DNA of 64,000 nucleotides from Candidatus Latescibacterota bacterium (GTDB taxonomy: Bacteria > Latescibacterota > UBA2968 > UBA8231). The notes under the pieces are model-generated. The model was not told the origin of the DNA and made no database searches. It saw only the letters and a program-made list of their open reading frames with translations. Each line of letters opens with the position of its first letter. The stretch's first letter is position 1. This document shows positions 28,021-37,616 of the stretch, piece by piece. The DNA lies in assembly GCA_965248355.1 (NCBI GenBank), contig OZ252098.1, positions 256,001 through 320,000 of the forward strand, in the 5' to 3' direction. Position numbers and translations under genes: made by a program.

Positions 28021-29325
28021 TCAAGGTCCCCTGGCGGCCAGGACGGAGCCCCGGGAACGGAGCGCATCGTCGAGGCGCTCCCGAAGCACCCGGTGGTGCT
28101 CCTGGAAGGCGGCCCGGTACTCGGCGGCCAGGGGGCGGCCGCCGCCGCGGTTGACGGTGGACGGGTCGATGTGCCGCCCGTTCTGGATCAGTTCGTAGTG
28201 GAGGTGGGGACCGGTGGCGCGGCCCGTGGCGCCCACGTGGCCCACGTGATCCCATTTCCCCACCCGCTGGCCCTTGCGCACCAGGATCCGGCTCAGGTGA
28301 GCGTAGCGGGTGCGGTAGCCGTTGGCGTGCTTGATCTCCACCATCTTGCCGTAGCCGCCGTTCCAGCCGGCGTGGGTCACCCGGCCCCTGGCCGTGGACC
28401 ATACGGGCGTGCCGGGGGCCGCGGCGTAATCGGTTCCGAGGTGGGGCAGGGCGCGCTTGAGGATGGGATGAAAGCGGCGGCGGGAGAAGGGCGAGCTGAT
28501 GCGCCGGAAGGACATGGGCTTGAGGAGGAACATGCGCTCGAGGGACTTGCCGGTTTCGTCGTAGTAATCCCCGGCGCCGTTGGACATCTCGTAATAGACA
28601 CCCACCCGGGAGACGGTCTCGCCCTCGTAGCGCGCCATCAGGATCCTCCCGTAGCGCAGGAACCGGCCGTCGACCGACTGGCGCGTGAACACGAGACCGA
28701 GGCGGTCGCCGTGGCGCGGACCCGTGTGGAAGTCGATGACGGATCCGAAGACGTCGTCCACGACCATGTCGGTGAGGGCGTCGTCCTCGCCGGCGGCGGC
28801 GATGGCGTTGAAGAGGTTGTCCACGATGACGACCTGGAGGGTCTCCGTCGTCTCCGTCACGGGCCGTTGCCACCGCCGGGCGACGAGGTCCTCCTCCCGG
28901 CGCTCCACGAGGACGGGCCTGTCCGGTTCTTTCAGCGGCGTATACTCGAAGCGCGCCACCGCGCGCAGGCTGTCCAGCTCGAGCCGGAAGGAGTCGCCCG
29001 GTTTCGAGTCCTTGCGGCCGTCGAAGACCGGGGACAGGGCCGTTCCCAGGAGGGTGATCTGAAGGTCGGAGACCCGGTGCCGCTTGAGAACCAGATAGAT
29101 GGAATCGTCGGGTCCCAGGGTGTCGGCGATGACGTGGCGTTGGGTCGGCGGCGCCCGGAGGCTGGCCACGACGGGAACGACGGCCGCCTGGACAGCGGCC
29201 AGCCCCTCCCCGGGGGCCGCTGTGGCGGAGGGGCGCGCGTGCAGGTCGATACGTACGAAGGTCAGGGCGGTCAGGGCGGTCAGGAAACCCCAGAACCCCA
29301 CGGAAGAGCGCGGTGGCAGGCTCAT
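28021..29325 (-). CDS. M23 family metallopeptidase (MepM-like peptidoglycan endopeptidase)
   Basis: N-terminal TM; HLGTDYAA (HxxxD), YAHL, GPHLHYE (HxH). Confidence 0.9.
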   Translation of the reverse strand: MSLPPRSSVGFWGFLTALTALTFVRIDLHARPSATAAPGEGLAAVQAAVVPVVASLRAPPTQRHVIADTLGPDDSIYLVLKRHRVSDLQITLLGTALSPVFDGRKDSKPGDSFRLELDSLRAVARFEYTPLKEPDRPVLVERREEDLVARRWQRPVTETTETLQVVIVDNLFNAIAAAGEDDALTDMVVDDVFGSVIDFHTGPRHGDRLGLVFTRQSVDGRFLRYGRILMARYEGETVSRVGVYYEMSNGAGDYYDETGKSLERMFLLKPMSFRRISSPFSRRRFHPILKRALPHLGTDYAAAPGTPVWSTARGRVTHAGWNGGYGKMVEIKHANGYRTRYAHLSRILVRKGQRVGKWDHVGHVGATGRATGPHLHYELIQNGRHIDPSTVNRGGGRPLAAEYRAAFQEHHRVLRERLDDALRSRGSVLAARGP

Positions 29326-29385
29326 GCAAATCCAGTTTATGCGGGAAAACGTTGTATGTACGGGAGAACGCGGAGGGGGCCGCGC

Positions 29386-29437
29386 TTGACCAAGTGGGGG
29401 CGGCCCCTATGCTACACAGGCGCCATGGCCGCGTCAA
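29386..29437. promoter_or_regulatory. Bidirectional sigma70-like promoter pair with overlapping -10 elements
   Basis: Plus strand: TTGACC(29386)-N16-TATGCT(29408). Minus strand: TTGACG(29437-29432)-N17-TAGCAT(29414-29409). Lies between the divergent M23 gene and rlmN. Confidence 0.6.
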
Positions 29438-29492
29438 CCCGCCCTCTCTCCGCCTTCGCCGGTCCGCTCCCGGTCCCTCTCCCTCCTTCGTC

Positions 29493-30572
29493 GTGACCCC
29501 CGACGGGCCCGCAGCGGATCTCGATCTCAAGGGACTGCTCCCGGAACGGCTCCGGCGGCTGGCCGTCGATCTGGGGGAGCCCGCGTACCGAGGCGACCAG
29601 CTGTTCTCCTGGATTCACGGCCGCGGCGAGGACCGGCTGGAGTCGATGTCCAATTTGCCCCGCCGTCTGCGTCAGGCCCTGGGCGAGGCGGGCGCCCATG
29701 TGAGCCGTCTCGAGCTGCTCGAGAGGCGCGACTCGGGGACGGGGATGGCCGTCAAGTTCATCTTCGGCGACGGCGGCGGGGCCCAGTTCGAGTCGGTCCT
29801 CATCCTCGACGGCCGGCGGCGCACCCTCTGCCTGTCCTCGCAGGTCGGCTGTCCGTTGGACTGCAAGTTCTGCGCCACCGGGCGCATGGGGTTTCTCCGC
29901 AACCTGACGGCGGCGCAGATCGTCGATCAGCTGCTGCAGGTCCACGCCGACGCCGTCACGGAGGGCCACGGCCGGATCACCAACATCGTCATGATGGGGA
30001 TGGGGGAGCCCCTGCTGAACTACGACGCGGTGACCACGGCCCTGAGGCTGATCCGGCGGGCCGAGGGACCATCCGTCGGCGGCCGGCGCATCACGGTCTC
30101 CACGGCCGGGTACCTGCCGGGGATCCGCCGGCTGGCGGAGGACGATCTCAACGTCGGTCTGGCCATCTCCCTCAACGCCACGACCGACGAGGTCCGTGAG
30201 CGGCTGATGCCGATCAACCGCAGGTGGCCCATCGCCGACCTGCTGGCGGCGGCGCGCTACTACTTCGACCGCCAGGGCCGCCGGGTCACCTTCGAGTACG
30301 TGCTCATGCGGGACGTAACCGACACCGAGGCGGACGCCGAGCGTCTGGCCCGGCTGACGGCCGACGTGCCATGCAAGATCAACCTGATCCCCTACAACGA
30401 GCTGGCCCCCGGCGACCCCGAAGCGCCGGTCTTCCACCGGCCCGGGAGAACGCGGATCGAGGCGTTCCGGCGCCGGCTGGAATCGGCGACCGGGAGGACC
30501 GTGCGCCTCCGAGAGAGCCGGGGGCGGGACATCGACGCCGCCTGCGGGCAGCTCTACCGCCGTCCCTCGTGA
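29493..30572 (+). CDS. rlmN: 23S rRNA m2A2503 / tRNA methyltransferase RlmN
   Basis: CLSSQVGCPLDCKFC (radical SAM), MGMGEP, ISLNA, NLIPYN, GRDIDAACGQL. Start estimated at GTG 29493. Confidence 0.95.
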   Translation: MTPDGPAADLDLKGLLPERLRRLAVDLGEPAYRGDQLFSWIHGRGEDRLESMSNLPRRLRQALGEAGAHVSRLELLERRDSGTGMAVKFIFGDGGGAQFESVLILDGRRRTLCLSSQVGCPLDCKFCATGRMGFLRNLTAAQIVDQLLQVHADAVTEGHGRITNIVMMGMGEPLLNYDAVTTALRLIRRAEGPSVGGRRITVSTAGYLPGIRRLAEDDLNVGLAISLNATTDEVRERLMPINRRWPIADLLAAARYYFDRQGRRVTFEYVLMRDVTDTEADAERLARLTADVPCKINLIPYNELAPGDPEAPVFHRPGRTRIEAFRRRLESATGRTVRLRESRGRDIDAACGQLYRRPS

Positions 30573-31075
30573 AGGCGGCGGGGCACCTGGCGGGGGGCTC
30601 CCTGGCCGGCGTCGCCGCGGCCGCCGCGGCGAGCGCCGCCGGCGCCATTCCCGGGGTGGGTGATCCCGTGTGGTGGGCGGTCTTCGCCACCACCCTGTTC
30701 TTCTCCCTCTTTCCCGACGTCGACACCGATTCCCTGCCGCGGCGGTGGTTCTACAGGGGCGTCCTGGCGGGGCTGCTGTGGCTGGCGTGGAGCGGCCGGT
30801 GGCAGCTGGCGACGCTGCTGGCCGTCCTGTCGACCCTCCCCCTCGTCGATCATCACCGGGGCTGGACCCACGGGCGCCTGACCCCCGTACTCGCCGTCGG
30901 CCTGCTGGGGGCGGGCTGCCTGTGGTGGCGGGGCGATCTGCGGGGGGCCTGGGAGAGCGGCGGGGCCTCGATCCCGGCCGCCGATATCGTCCTCCTGGCG
31001 GCGGCCCTCGCCGGCTGGTACACCCATCTGCTTCTCGACGGCCGGTTCCGCCTCTTCCCCGACGACGGGGCCTAG
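30569..31075 (+). CDS. Membrane-bound metal-dependent hydrolase (YdjM-like)
   Basis: GH, FPDVDT, HHRGWTH, YTHLLLD. GTGA overlap with rlmN. Confidence 0.8.
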   Translation: MKAAGHLAGGSLAGVAAAAAASAAGAIPGVGDPVWWAVFATTLFFSLFPDVDTDSLPRRWFYRGVLAGLLWLAWSGRWQLATLLAVLSTLPLVDHHRGWTHGRLTPVLAVGLLGAGCLWWRGDLRGAWESGGASIPAADIVLLAAALAGWYTHLLLDGRFRLFPDDGA

Positions 31076-31112
31076 CGGCGCAACGCGGGTCGGACCGTGT
31101 GCTCCGAGCTCG

Positions 31113-32432
31113 ATGAGAGCAACAACACCATGGCGTACGAGGTCGTCGTCGCAGAGGCTGTGCGAGCCCTTCGGATTCTTTCGGGGCAACGTCCTTGTCC
31201 TCACCTTGTCGGGGAGCCTGGGAATGTTCTCCCGGGCCATGGCCTTCCCCTACGTCCCCCTGTACATCCTGGCTCTCGGAGGCGAGCCGGAGCAGATCGG
31301 GTTCGTCTATGCCCTGGGGCCTCTCGGCGGGCTGCTGGCCTTTCCGGTGGCCGGCTATCTCGCCGACCACATGAACCGGGCTCGGCTGATCGCGGCGGCC
31401 GGCTACTGCTCCGCCGGGGCGGTGCTCGTGAACGCCCTGGCGCCGAGCTGGGAATGGGTGGCGGCGGCGATGTTGATGCGGGGATTCGCCGTCTTCCACT
31501 TCCCGGCCTCATCGGCGATCGTCGCCGACTCCCTGCCTCCCGGAAACCGGGGCCGCGGCATGGCGACCATGGCCGCCCTGACCGGGGGGCCGGCGCTGTT
31601 CGCGCCATTCGTGGCCGGCGTGGCCATCGACGCCTGGGGCGTCGACGCGGGGATGCGGATCCTCTACGTGGTGATGGCCGCGGCCTATGCGGTGGGCGCG
31701 ACGATCAACCTGGTCTTCATTCGCGAGACCCGGGAGTCGCCGGAGGCGGTGAGCGCCGCGAACCTCGGACGGACATTGCGCCGTTCCTACACGGGCATCC
31801 CGGCGCTGCTGCGGGGCTTTCCGCCCTCCCTTCGGGCGGTGTCGGTGGTGATCATCCTGTGCTTCCTCGCCAACGGGGTGGCCAGCCCCTTCTGGGTGGT
31901 GTACGCCAGGACCCATATCGGGCTGAGCGCTTCGCAGTGGGGGCTGATCCTGCTGGTGGAGACGGGTCTGCGGAACCTCACGACCATTCCCGCGGGGTTC
32001 CTCACCGACCGCCTGGGACGCGCACCGTTCATCATCGCCGCGTTGCTGGCGTCCGCCGTGATTCCCCTGTACCTCCTGGCGGGCTCTTTCGGGTACGTCC
32101 TGGCGATCCGCTGTGTGATCGCCGTGGCGGCCGCCTTTTTCAGCCCCGCCATGGGCGCTCTGCTGGCCGACACCGTGCCCAGCGGCACTCGCGGACGGGT
32201 GATGGCCGCCATCGGCCGGGGATCCGTGGCCATCGGCGCCGCCGCCGGGGGCATGGGCGGCCCTGGGACCGGGTTCCTGACCACCCTGCCGTTGATGGCG
32301 GCGGCTCTCTGCGGCGGCCTCCTCTACGCCTGGACCCCGGCGAGCCCGTTTCTGCTCGTCTTCGGACTGACCGTTGCCGCCCTGCTCGTCTCGGCCCTGT
32401 TCCTGCGGGATCCGGAGCGGGCGGAACGGTAG
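31113..32432 (+). CDS. MFS transporter
   Basis: About 12 TM segments; GYLADHMNR and GFLTDRLGR (motif A in both halves). Start uncertain. Confidence 0.88.
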   Translation: MRATTPWRTRSSSQRLCEPFGFFRGNVLVLTLSGSLGMFSRAMAFPYVPLYILALGGEPEQIGFVYALGPLGGLLAFPVAGYLADHMNRARLIAAAGYCSAGAVLVNALAPSWEWVAAAMLMRGFAVFHFPASSAIVADSLPPGNRGRGMATMAALTGGPALFAPFVAGVAIDAWGVDAGMRILYVVMAAAYAVGATINLVFIRETRESPEAVSAANLGRTLRRSYTGIPALLRGFPPSLRAVSVVIILCFLANGVASPFWVVYARTHIGLSASQWGLILLVETGLRNLTTIPAGFLTDRLGRAPFIIAALLASAVIPLYLLAGSFGYVLAIRCVIAVAAAFFSPAMGALLADTVPSGTRGRVMAAIGRGSVAIGAAAGGMGGPGTGFLTTLPLMAAALCGGLLYAWTPASPFLLVFGLTVAALLVSALFLRDPERAER

Positions 32433-32455
32433 GGAGGGACGGGCCGCCCCAGGTG

Positions 32456-32845
32456 TCAGCGGTCCTCGCCCTCGCCCTCCTCCTCCTCGGCCTCGTCGCC
32501 GCGGCGGCGCTCGACGAACTCCCTGACCTTGGATACGGCCTCGGGCACGAGCGCGATCAATTGCGCCCAGCTGACCTCCTTCTCCTTCAGGGACAGCACC
32601 TGCACCTTGCCCCTGGCGTCGATGACGACGAACCCGACGGGCTCCACCGAGGCGCCCCCGCCGGTGCCGCTTTGTCCCCGGTCCTCCCGGCCGCCGCCGG
32701 CGCCGAATCCGAAGGAGATCCTGGACAGCGGAATCAGGGTCACGTCGCCGGCGGTCAGGGGCTCGCCGACGACGGTGCGCGTCTGGACGATGGTGTGCAG
32801 CTCTCCCAGGACTCGCTCGATCAGGGCCTCCACCGAGGATTTCAT
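32456..32845 (-). CDS. GerW/YtfJ family protein
   Basis: TVVGEP....VTLIPLSRISFGFGAGGG...GTGGGASVEPVGFVVI. Confidence 0.88.
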   Translation of the reverse strand: MKSSVEALIERVLGELHTIVQTRTVVGEPLTAGDVTLIPLSRISFGFGAGGGREDRGQSGTGGGASVEPVGFVVIDARGKVQVLSLKEKEVSWAQLIALVPEAVSKVREFVERRRGDEAEEEEGEGEDR

Positions 32846-33576
32846 CGGCTTCCTTTCTCTCCGGCGAGCCTCGCGCGCCGGGCCGTCCACCAGGAACGGG
32901 ACCGGGCCGCCGCCCGGGACCACGCCGTGGCGAGGCCGAACCGTCCTGCCAGATACAGCAGTCGGGCCGGGCGGAGGTGCAGACGCACCTCCGCCTCGCC
33001 CCGGAGGCCCGGGTTCGTGAAGTCGGGGGTGAGGGACAGGGCCACCCTCTCCGGGGCGGCCGGCGCGAGGGCGTGGACCAGACCGAAGAACCGGCCCGTG
33101 GCCCCCGGGTCCCCCAGGCCGACGATTGCGTTCAGGCGCAGCCGGCGCAGGCGGAAGGCGGAGGGCAGGGCGCGGACCACGCGCAGCAGGGGCCTGGCCA
33201 GGGGTCCGAGCGAATGCAGACGCTCCCGGAGCCCGGCCGCTCCGAGTCGCGGCTCTCGCTCCCGGCCGTCCTCCGGCCTCGCCCGGCCTGGATCCGCCGC
33301 CGGCCGGGGCTCTCGCTCGTCCCCGCCGAGCCGCATCCTCGGACCCAGCGCTCGTCCGGCCAGGGTCGGTACCAGCTCCCACGCGGGGCCCCCCCGCCGG
33401 CGCAGCCTCACGCCCAGCAGTCCCGCCCAGACCGCCGCCTGGGCGCTGATGTCGAAGCCGCCGTCGTCGTCCCATCGGGCGCCGCTGAAGGCGAGCACGA
33501 CCGGCAACAAGAGAACGGCGGCCCCGGCCATGGCCAGAGCGGCCGCCAGCAGTATCAGGAGATCGGACCAGATCAC
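32842..33576 (-). CDS. DUF2953 (YtfI-like) membrane-anchored protein
   Basis: N-terminal TM; GLGDPGATG..FG...PDF motif; GGAGGTG RBS; coupled to the YtfJ-family gene. Confidence 0.7.
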   Translation of the reverse strand: MIWSDLLILLAAALAMAGAAVLLLPVVLAFSGARWDDDGGFDISAQAAVWAGLLGVRLRRRGGPAWELVPTLAGRALGPRMRLGGDEREPRPAADPGRARPEDGREREPRLGAAGLRERLHSLGPLARPLLRVVRALPSAFRLRRLRLNAIVGLGDPGATGRFFGLVHALAPAAPERVALSLTPDFTNPGLRGEAEVRLHLRPARLLYLAGRFGLATAWSRAAARSRSWWTARRARLAGEKGSR

Positions 33577-33604
33577 AGCTCACCTCCGTGAATCCTCATG
33601 CGAG

Positions 33605-33685
33605 AAGCTACCCCGCCCCGGTGGAGCGTCAAGGCGGTCCCGAGGTGGACGCGGCTTGACAGCCGGCGACCGGGCCCGCTACCCT
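33605..33685. promoter_or_regulatory. Divergent sigma70-like promoters
   Basis: Minus strand: TTGACG(33632-33627)-N16-TAGCTT(33610-33605). Plus strand: TTGACA(33656)-N18-TACCCT(33680). Confidence 0.5.
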
Positions 33686-33720
33686 AAGAATCGCCCGCAA
33701 GTACAAGCAGGGAAAGCAGA

Positions 33721-35433
33721 TTGGGCCAATTGCACACAATCGAACCCGGCCCCTTCGGGGAGATTCGGAAAGCCTTCGAGGTCGTCCTCTCGATCTCCCT
33801 CGCCCTGGCCTTGACGGCTTCCGCCGCCATGGCTCGATCGACCCTGACGGCGAGGTTCTCGGCCCCCGTGGCCGGCCCCGGCATCGAGCAGAAGGCGGAG
33901 CTGGTGCTCGATCTGTTCCCCGGCGACGGGGAGGCCGTGCTTGGAGCGACCGTCTCCTTTGCCGACGACGGCGTGCAGATCGAGTCCGCCGCCTGCGCCC
34001 TGGGCGGCGCCGAGGTCGCGGGCCGGCGCGTCGACCTCGACTACACGGAGCATCCCCTCGGGGAGCGCGCCACCGACACCCTCACCGTGGTCCTGCGCGC
34101 CGCCTCCGCGGGGACGGTCCCGGTGGACGTGACCCTGCTCGCCAACGTAGACACCCCCGGCATGGAGCCCCATCGGGCGCGGGTCCTGCTCGACGTCGAG
34201 CCGCCTCTGCGTCTGCGCGCCGCCCTGAGTCCGAGGGAGGCCTACCCCGGCGAGGCGGTGGAGCTGACCCTGTCCGTGACCAACGAGGACGATCGGGGTG
34301 TCGATGCGGTCGCCGTGGAATGGCCTGCCGGGATCACCGCCGACGAAGCGCCCACCGAGTCGCCCATCGCCGCGGGGGAGACCTCGGAGCATCGCTGGCC
34401 GGTCCGCCTGGAGCCGCAAGCCGCCGGCGATCTCCTCCTGATGGTCCGCGCCGAGGGCGGCGGGCTGCGGGCCTCCCCGGTGGCCGTGGCGCGCCTGCGG
34501 GTGAGGCCGTTGCCCGCCTTCGGGGCGCGGGTGACCTCCGGCGAGGCGGTTCGCGGAGAACCCCTGCGTCTGGCGCTGCTGTGGTCGAATCCGGGCGCCG
34601 AGGCGATTCCCTACGAGGAGCTCAGCGCCCGGGTCTCGGCCGGGTTCGAGGCCGCGGCCCCGGCCGGAGAGGTCTCCGGCGGGGTGGAGACCGACTTCGA
34701 GGGAGACGCCGTGGAGGTACGGCTGAACGGCCCCGGCGAGCTGGGCCCGGGGGAGGACCGGTCGGTGGAGCTGGACCTGACGCCCACCGGCACCGGCCCC
34801 TTCGCCTGGACGGGGGGGTTCCGGCCGCCGGGGCGCGAGAGCTCCCTCGATCTCGGCCTCTCCGTGGTGCGCGTCGTGGCCCCGGCCGGCGGGCCTCAGG
34901 CCGAGCTGGCGGCCGCGGTGACGGACCTGGAGCTGGTCAGCCAGGGCCTGCGGGCCGAGTTGGAGACCGCTCTCGACGCCATTCCCCTGTCCCGGGGCGC
35001 CACGGTGAGCCTGGCCACCGGGGAGGAGGACGATGCCAACTGGGTCGTGGAGGGCCTCCTGACCCGGGGCCTCCTGAGCCGGGGCGTCCGGGTGCTGGCC
35101 GACAGCGCCCTTCACGTGCTGCGTTACCGCGTCGCCGATGCCCGCGTCGTGTACAGCTCCGCGGAGTCGTCTTTCGGCCCCTTCGGCGGCGCCCGGCGGC
35201 GCGAGGGCCGCGGCGTGGTCTATCTGCGTCTGGAGGACGCCGGGCAACGGGTGCTGTGGGTTCGCAGGCTGGACGGCCGCCAGGAAGACCCGGACGTCTC
35301 CCGGCCCGCGGGCTGGCTGAGCGCCGGCGAGGGATTTCCCCAGTCACGGATCGAGCCGGATCGGCGGTTCCTGGAACTCGGCCTGTCGGGGGCCATCGTG
35401 GGCGGTCTGCTCTTCATTTTCTTCGCTCCCTGA
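33721..35433 (+). CDS. Secreted protein with tandem Ig-like (CARDB/NEW3-like) domains and a C-terminal membrane anchor
   Basis: Signal-like segment; PGEAVELTLSVTN, GELGPGEDRSVEL; hydrophobic C-terminus GAIVGGLLFIFFAP. Start uncertain. Confidence 0.6.
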   Translation: MGQLHTIEPGPFGEIRKAFEVVLSISLALALTASAAMARSTLTARFSAPVAGPGIEQKAELVLDLFPGDGEAVLGATVSFADDGVQIESAACALGGAEVAGRRVDLDYTEHPLGERATDTLTVVLRAASAGTVPVDVTLLANVDTPGMEPHRARVLLDVEPPLRLRAALSPREAYPGEAVELTLSVTNEDDRGVDAVAVEWPAGITADEAPTESPIAAGETSEHRWPVRLEPQAAGDLLLMVRAEGGGLRASPVAVARLRVRPLPAFGARVTSGEAVRGEPLRLALLWSNPGAEAIPYEELSARVSAGFEAAAPAGEVSGGVETDFEGDAVEVRLNGPGELGPGEDRSVELDLTPTGTGPFAWTGGFRPPGRESSLDLGLSVVRVVAPAGGPQAELAAAVTDLELVSQGLRAELETALDAIPLSRGATVSLATGEEDDANWVVEGLLTRGLLSRGVRVLADSALHVLRYRVADARVVYSSAESSFGPFGGARRREGRGVVYLRLEDAGQRVLWVRRLDGRQEDPDVSRPAGWLSAGEGFPQSRIEPDRRFLELGLSGAIVGGLLFIFFAP

Positions 35434-35452
35434 TCCCGCGCCGGGCGCAGGA

Positions 35453-37558
35453 TCAGAACCGCCGCCGCCGCCGTCCGCCGGAGTCGTCGACGCCGTGCAG
35501 GGGGCACGTCTCCGGCATGGCGCCCCCGCGGATGAAGATCTCCTCCGACTGGTTCGGGCAGTAGCGCGTGGCCAGACTGTGGGTGTCCTCGCACACGGGG
35601 CGGTACTCCACCAGGTCCTCCGGGTATTCAAACGAGTCGCGGCGCTGCCGGCGGTAGGGCTCGACCTCGTCGTAGACCTGCTTCATGAAGCGCGCCCAAA
35701 GGGGCAGGGCGGCGGCGCCGCCGGGCTGTGAGGCCAGGCCGATGCGGGGGTCGTCGACGCCGACCCACACGCCGGCCACCAGGTGGGGGGTGAAGCCGAG
35801 GAACCAGGCGTCACGGTAGTCGTTGGTGGTGCCCGTCTTGCCGGCCGCGGCCCAGCGGAAGCCGTGACGGAAGCGCGCCGAGCGGCCGGTGCCGCCGACC
35901 TCGTCCATGACCGAGCGCATCAGATCGGTCATGACCACGGCCACGGCCGGGCGCAGCACCGAGCGCCTCACCGGGGTGGACCGGAAGATGACGTTGCCCT
36001 CGGCGTCCTCGATCCGGGAGACGGGCACCGGCTCGACGTAGATCCCCCGGTTGGGAAACACCGAGTAGGCCGCCACCATATCCAGGAGCCGCACCTCGCT
36101 CGAGCCGATGCCGATGGCGTAGACCTCGTTGATCCGATCGCGGATGCCCATGGCCCGGGCGTACTGGGCCACCCGGGCGGGGCCGAGGTCCTGGGCCAGC
36201 TTCAGAGCGATGATGTTGCGCGACTCCCTGAGTCCCTGACGCAGGGTCATGGGACCCTTGAACTTGTGATCGTAGTTCTCCGGGGTCCAGATGGTGCCGT
36301 CCGCCTCCTCGACGACGATGGAGTTGTCGTCGTAGACATCGATGGGGAAGCGGTTGTTGTCGATGGCCGCAGTGTAGACGAAGGGCTTGAAGGAAGAGCC
36401 GGCCTGGCGCAGGGCCTGCCAGGCCCGGTTGAACTTGCTCTCCCCGAAGTCCCGGCCTCCGATCATGGCCAGGATGTCGCCGTTGGCCGGGTCCATGGCC
36501 ACGAAGGCGCCCTGGACCACGGCCCGGTCGCCGTCGGGACGGTCGGCGGGGGCCTGGCGGGCGACCCAGGCGTCGACCTTGGCCTGGACCGCGGCGATCT
36601 GCGTGGCGAAGTGTTCCTCGGCGATGCGCTGCAGGGTGGCGTCGAGGGTGGTGTGCACGGAGTAGCCATCACGGTAGAGCTTGGAGCCGTGTTCGGCGTC
36701 GAGCTGCTGGCGCACGTACTCGACGAAGTAGGGGGCCAGGCCGTAGGTCTCGGACTGGCGCCCCCGGCGGATGCGCGCCGGCTCCCGGGAGAGGCGCTCG
36801 GCCTCGGCGGCCTCCAGTTTCCCGGCTCTGACCATCTCCTCCAGCACGAGGTTGCGGCGGCTGACGGCCTTCTCCGGGTTGTTGAAGGGGCTGTAGGTGT
36901 TCGGCGCCTTCAACAACCCCGCGAGCAGGGCGCACTCCTCCACCTGCAGGTCCGCGGCCTCCTTGTCGAAGTAGAGTCGTGCCGCCGACTTCAGCCCGTA
37001 GGCGTCGTAGCCGAAGAACACGGTGTTGAGGTACATCACCAGGATCTCGCGCTTGGTGTAGAGCCTCTCCACGTGGACGGCCGTGATCTGCTCGCGGATC
37101 TTGCGGGCGTAGGTGGCCAGCACGTCCCCCAGGGAGTCGGAGGAGCGCTGGGTGCCGACCTTCCGGTAGAGGTTGCGGGCCAGCTGCTGCGTGAGGGTGC
37201 TGGCCCCCTGGGCGGTGGGGTCCCGGCGCTTCACGTTCTCCAGGACGGCCCCGAGGATGCGGCGCAGGTCGATCCCCCAATGGCTGAAGAAGCGGCGGTC
37301 CTCCACCGAGATCAGGGCGTCCCTCATCGCCTGGGGGATCTCTTCGAAGCTGCGGATCAGCTCCCGGTTCTCGAGCTTGAAGTCGTAGAGGTGGCTGCCG
37401 TCCGCGGAGTAGACCCTGGTGACCCGCTTGGGCTGGAAGGTCTCCAGCTCGTCGATGTCCGGGAGGTTGTCGCTGACCAGGGCGTAGACCACGCCCAGGA
37501 CCAGCGCGTAGAAGCACAGGCAGGCGAGGGAGTACGCGGCGATTCTCCGGGCGGTCAA
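35453..37558 (-). CDS. Class A penicillin-binding protein (PBP1A family)
   Basis: Glycosyltransferase motifs EDRRF..H.G, GASTLTQQL, RKIRE; transpeptidase motifs SSFK, SRN, KTG. Confidence 0.95.
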   Translation of the reverse strand: MTARRIAAYSLACLCFYALVLGVVYALVSDNLPDIDELETFQPKRVTRVYSADGSHLYDFKLENRELIRSFEEIPQAMRDALISVEDRRFFSHWGIDLRRILGAVLENVKRRDPTAQGASTLTQQLARNLYRKVGTQRSSDSLGDVLATYARKIREQITAVHVERLYTKREILVMYLNTVFFGYDAYGLKSAARLYFDKEAADLQVEECALLAGLLKAPNTYSPFNNPEKAVSRRNLVLEEMVRAGKLEAAEAERLSREPARIRRGRQSETYGLAPYFVEYVRQQLDAEHGSKLYRDGYSVHTTLDATLQRIAEEHFATQIAAVQAKVDAWVARQAPADRPDGDRAVVQGAFVAMDPANGDILAMIGGRDFGESKFNRAWQALRQAGSSFKPFVYTAAIDNNRFPIDVYDDNSIVVEEADGTIWTPENYDHKFKGPMTLRQGLRESRNIIALKLAQDLGPARVAQYARAMGIRDRINEVYAIGIGSSEVRLLDMVAAYSVFPNRGIYVEPVPVSRIEDAEGNVIFRSTPVRRSVLRPAVAVVMTDLMRSVMDEVGGTGRSARFRHGFRWAAAGKTGTTNDYRDAWFLGFTPHLVAGVWVGVDDPRIGLASQPGGAAALPLWARFMKQVYDEVEPYRRQRRDSFEYPEDLVEYRPVCEDTHSLATRYCPNQSEEIFIRGGAMPETCPLHGVDDSGGRRRRRF

Positions 37559-37616
37559 GGATGACCTCGGAAACCCCGCCGCGCCTCGCCGCAGGCCCGG
37601 GCTCTCCAGAGCCCTC

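Noticed and set aside
29493-30572. Radical SAM enzyme as maturase for the PqqD/RRE protein
   Set aside because: It has all RlmN motifs, no SPASM domain, and lies 26 kb away.
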